Shown: positions 63,335 to 64,000 of the stretch, piece by piece
Position numbering within the stretch: the stretch's first letter is position 1
How the letters are laid out: each line of letters opens with the position of its first letter
Assembly (NCBI GenBank): GCA_030704615.1
Contig: CM060734.1
Span: forward strand, 11,780,001 to 11,844,000
Length of the DNA: 64,000 nucleotides
Direction of reading: 5' to 3'
Source: Takakia lepidozioides
Lineage: Eukaryota > Plantae > Bryophyta
Notes under the pieces: model-generated
Databases searched by the model: none
Told to the model about the DNA's origin: nothing
The model's input: the letters and a program-made list of their open reading frames with translations, nothing else
Translations under genes and position numbers: made by a program

Positions 63335-64000
63335 ATGCATGCTTAGTCCGGCTTAGCTAGCTCAGGAATCCGATTACAAAAACTTGTGTTGTACAAATTT
63401 TGTTTATAAATGAAATGGATTCCAAATGTTGTGCGTCCTATTTTATTTGGAATGGTGATGCATGGTATGGTTGGCTAGTGTGTAGAATGCATGCTAGCTT
63501 ACAAAAGTGGGAGAGGTAAATTGGATTAATCGTGTGTTTGCGCAGTGCCGAAATCGGGTGACTCCCATCCAAGGGGCAAAGAAACTTGCGCCTTCTTTCG
63601 GAGTTCACGTGCTAGTGCGCACCTGGCGTGTGCGTGTACTATAACTGCGCTACCGAGGGGGTTGCCTTGTAGTGCAGGCTAACGCGGAAGCTACGTGCTT
63701 CCGTTCACGTACTATAATCGTGTAGCCTCGGGACGAAGTCGTAGTGTGGCTTCAGCGTGTTCCCGTACCTCAGGCCAGCATTCCAAGGCGGACCCAATTG
63801 TAGTGATTGGGGCGCACGGTTGGTTCAAGGTTATCTTCCTAGTCAAAAAGGGTTCAAGGTGAACCCTTGCTCAAGATGTTGCCAAAAAACGGCATCATGA
63901 GCGGTCGCAAGCAATGTTGTTGCAATAAGGCGATTCAATCCTTGGGGAGGATCGTTCCTTGGCCTTGAAGTGGGCCAAGAAGAGTGCACTGGATGGAGCT
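63335..64000 (+). mobile_element. Probable 3' LTR of the chromovirus, running off the window
   Basis: TG start immediately after the PPT; non-coding. Confidence 0.55.

Noticed and set aside
48437-64000. Single gypsy element split by a 10-kb insertion (RT ends ~51625, RNase H resumes ~61415)
   Set aside because: The pol parts are nearly contiguous, but the sequence after the PPT (63335 onward) does not match the 48437 LTR, so they are treated as two elements.

Overview
Repeat-dense eukaryotic DNA, most likely from a non-seed land plant (inferred from spliceosomal introns and PLS/E/DYW-type PPR genes). It has one 500-N assembly gap and no clearly intact host gene. The ordinary content is nested TE debris (L1-like and other LINEs, Ty3/gypsy including a chromovirus, a solo LTR, hAT, CACTA, a SINE and a non-autonomous MULE) plus pseudogene fragments (PPR-DYW, eIF3d, CobW/ZNG1-like, OSB-type exons). 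The main discovery is a two-gene Mutator-like DNA transposon family, present as about six copies or fragments (approx. 698-11786, 13400-16090, 21389-27265, 30813-31385, 42130-47016, 61266-61410). One gene is a transposase with a GCM-like Zn domain, a MULE DDE core and a SWIM finger. Head-to-head with it is a multi-exon gene fusing a ParB/Srx-like domain (VWDGNHR) to a prokaryote-like beta-class N6A/N4C DNA-methyltransferase fold. Each subfamily carries its own 22-28 bp palindrome, in helically phased arrays (42, ~53, 96 bp periods) and inside the cargo gene's introns; one half-site (ATGCGG) resembles the animal GCM binding site. Five ends share the signature G[AG]GG-N11-[AG]TGAGC. Domain calls come from manual motif recognition, not database searches.
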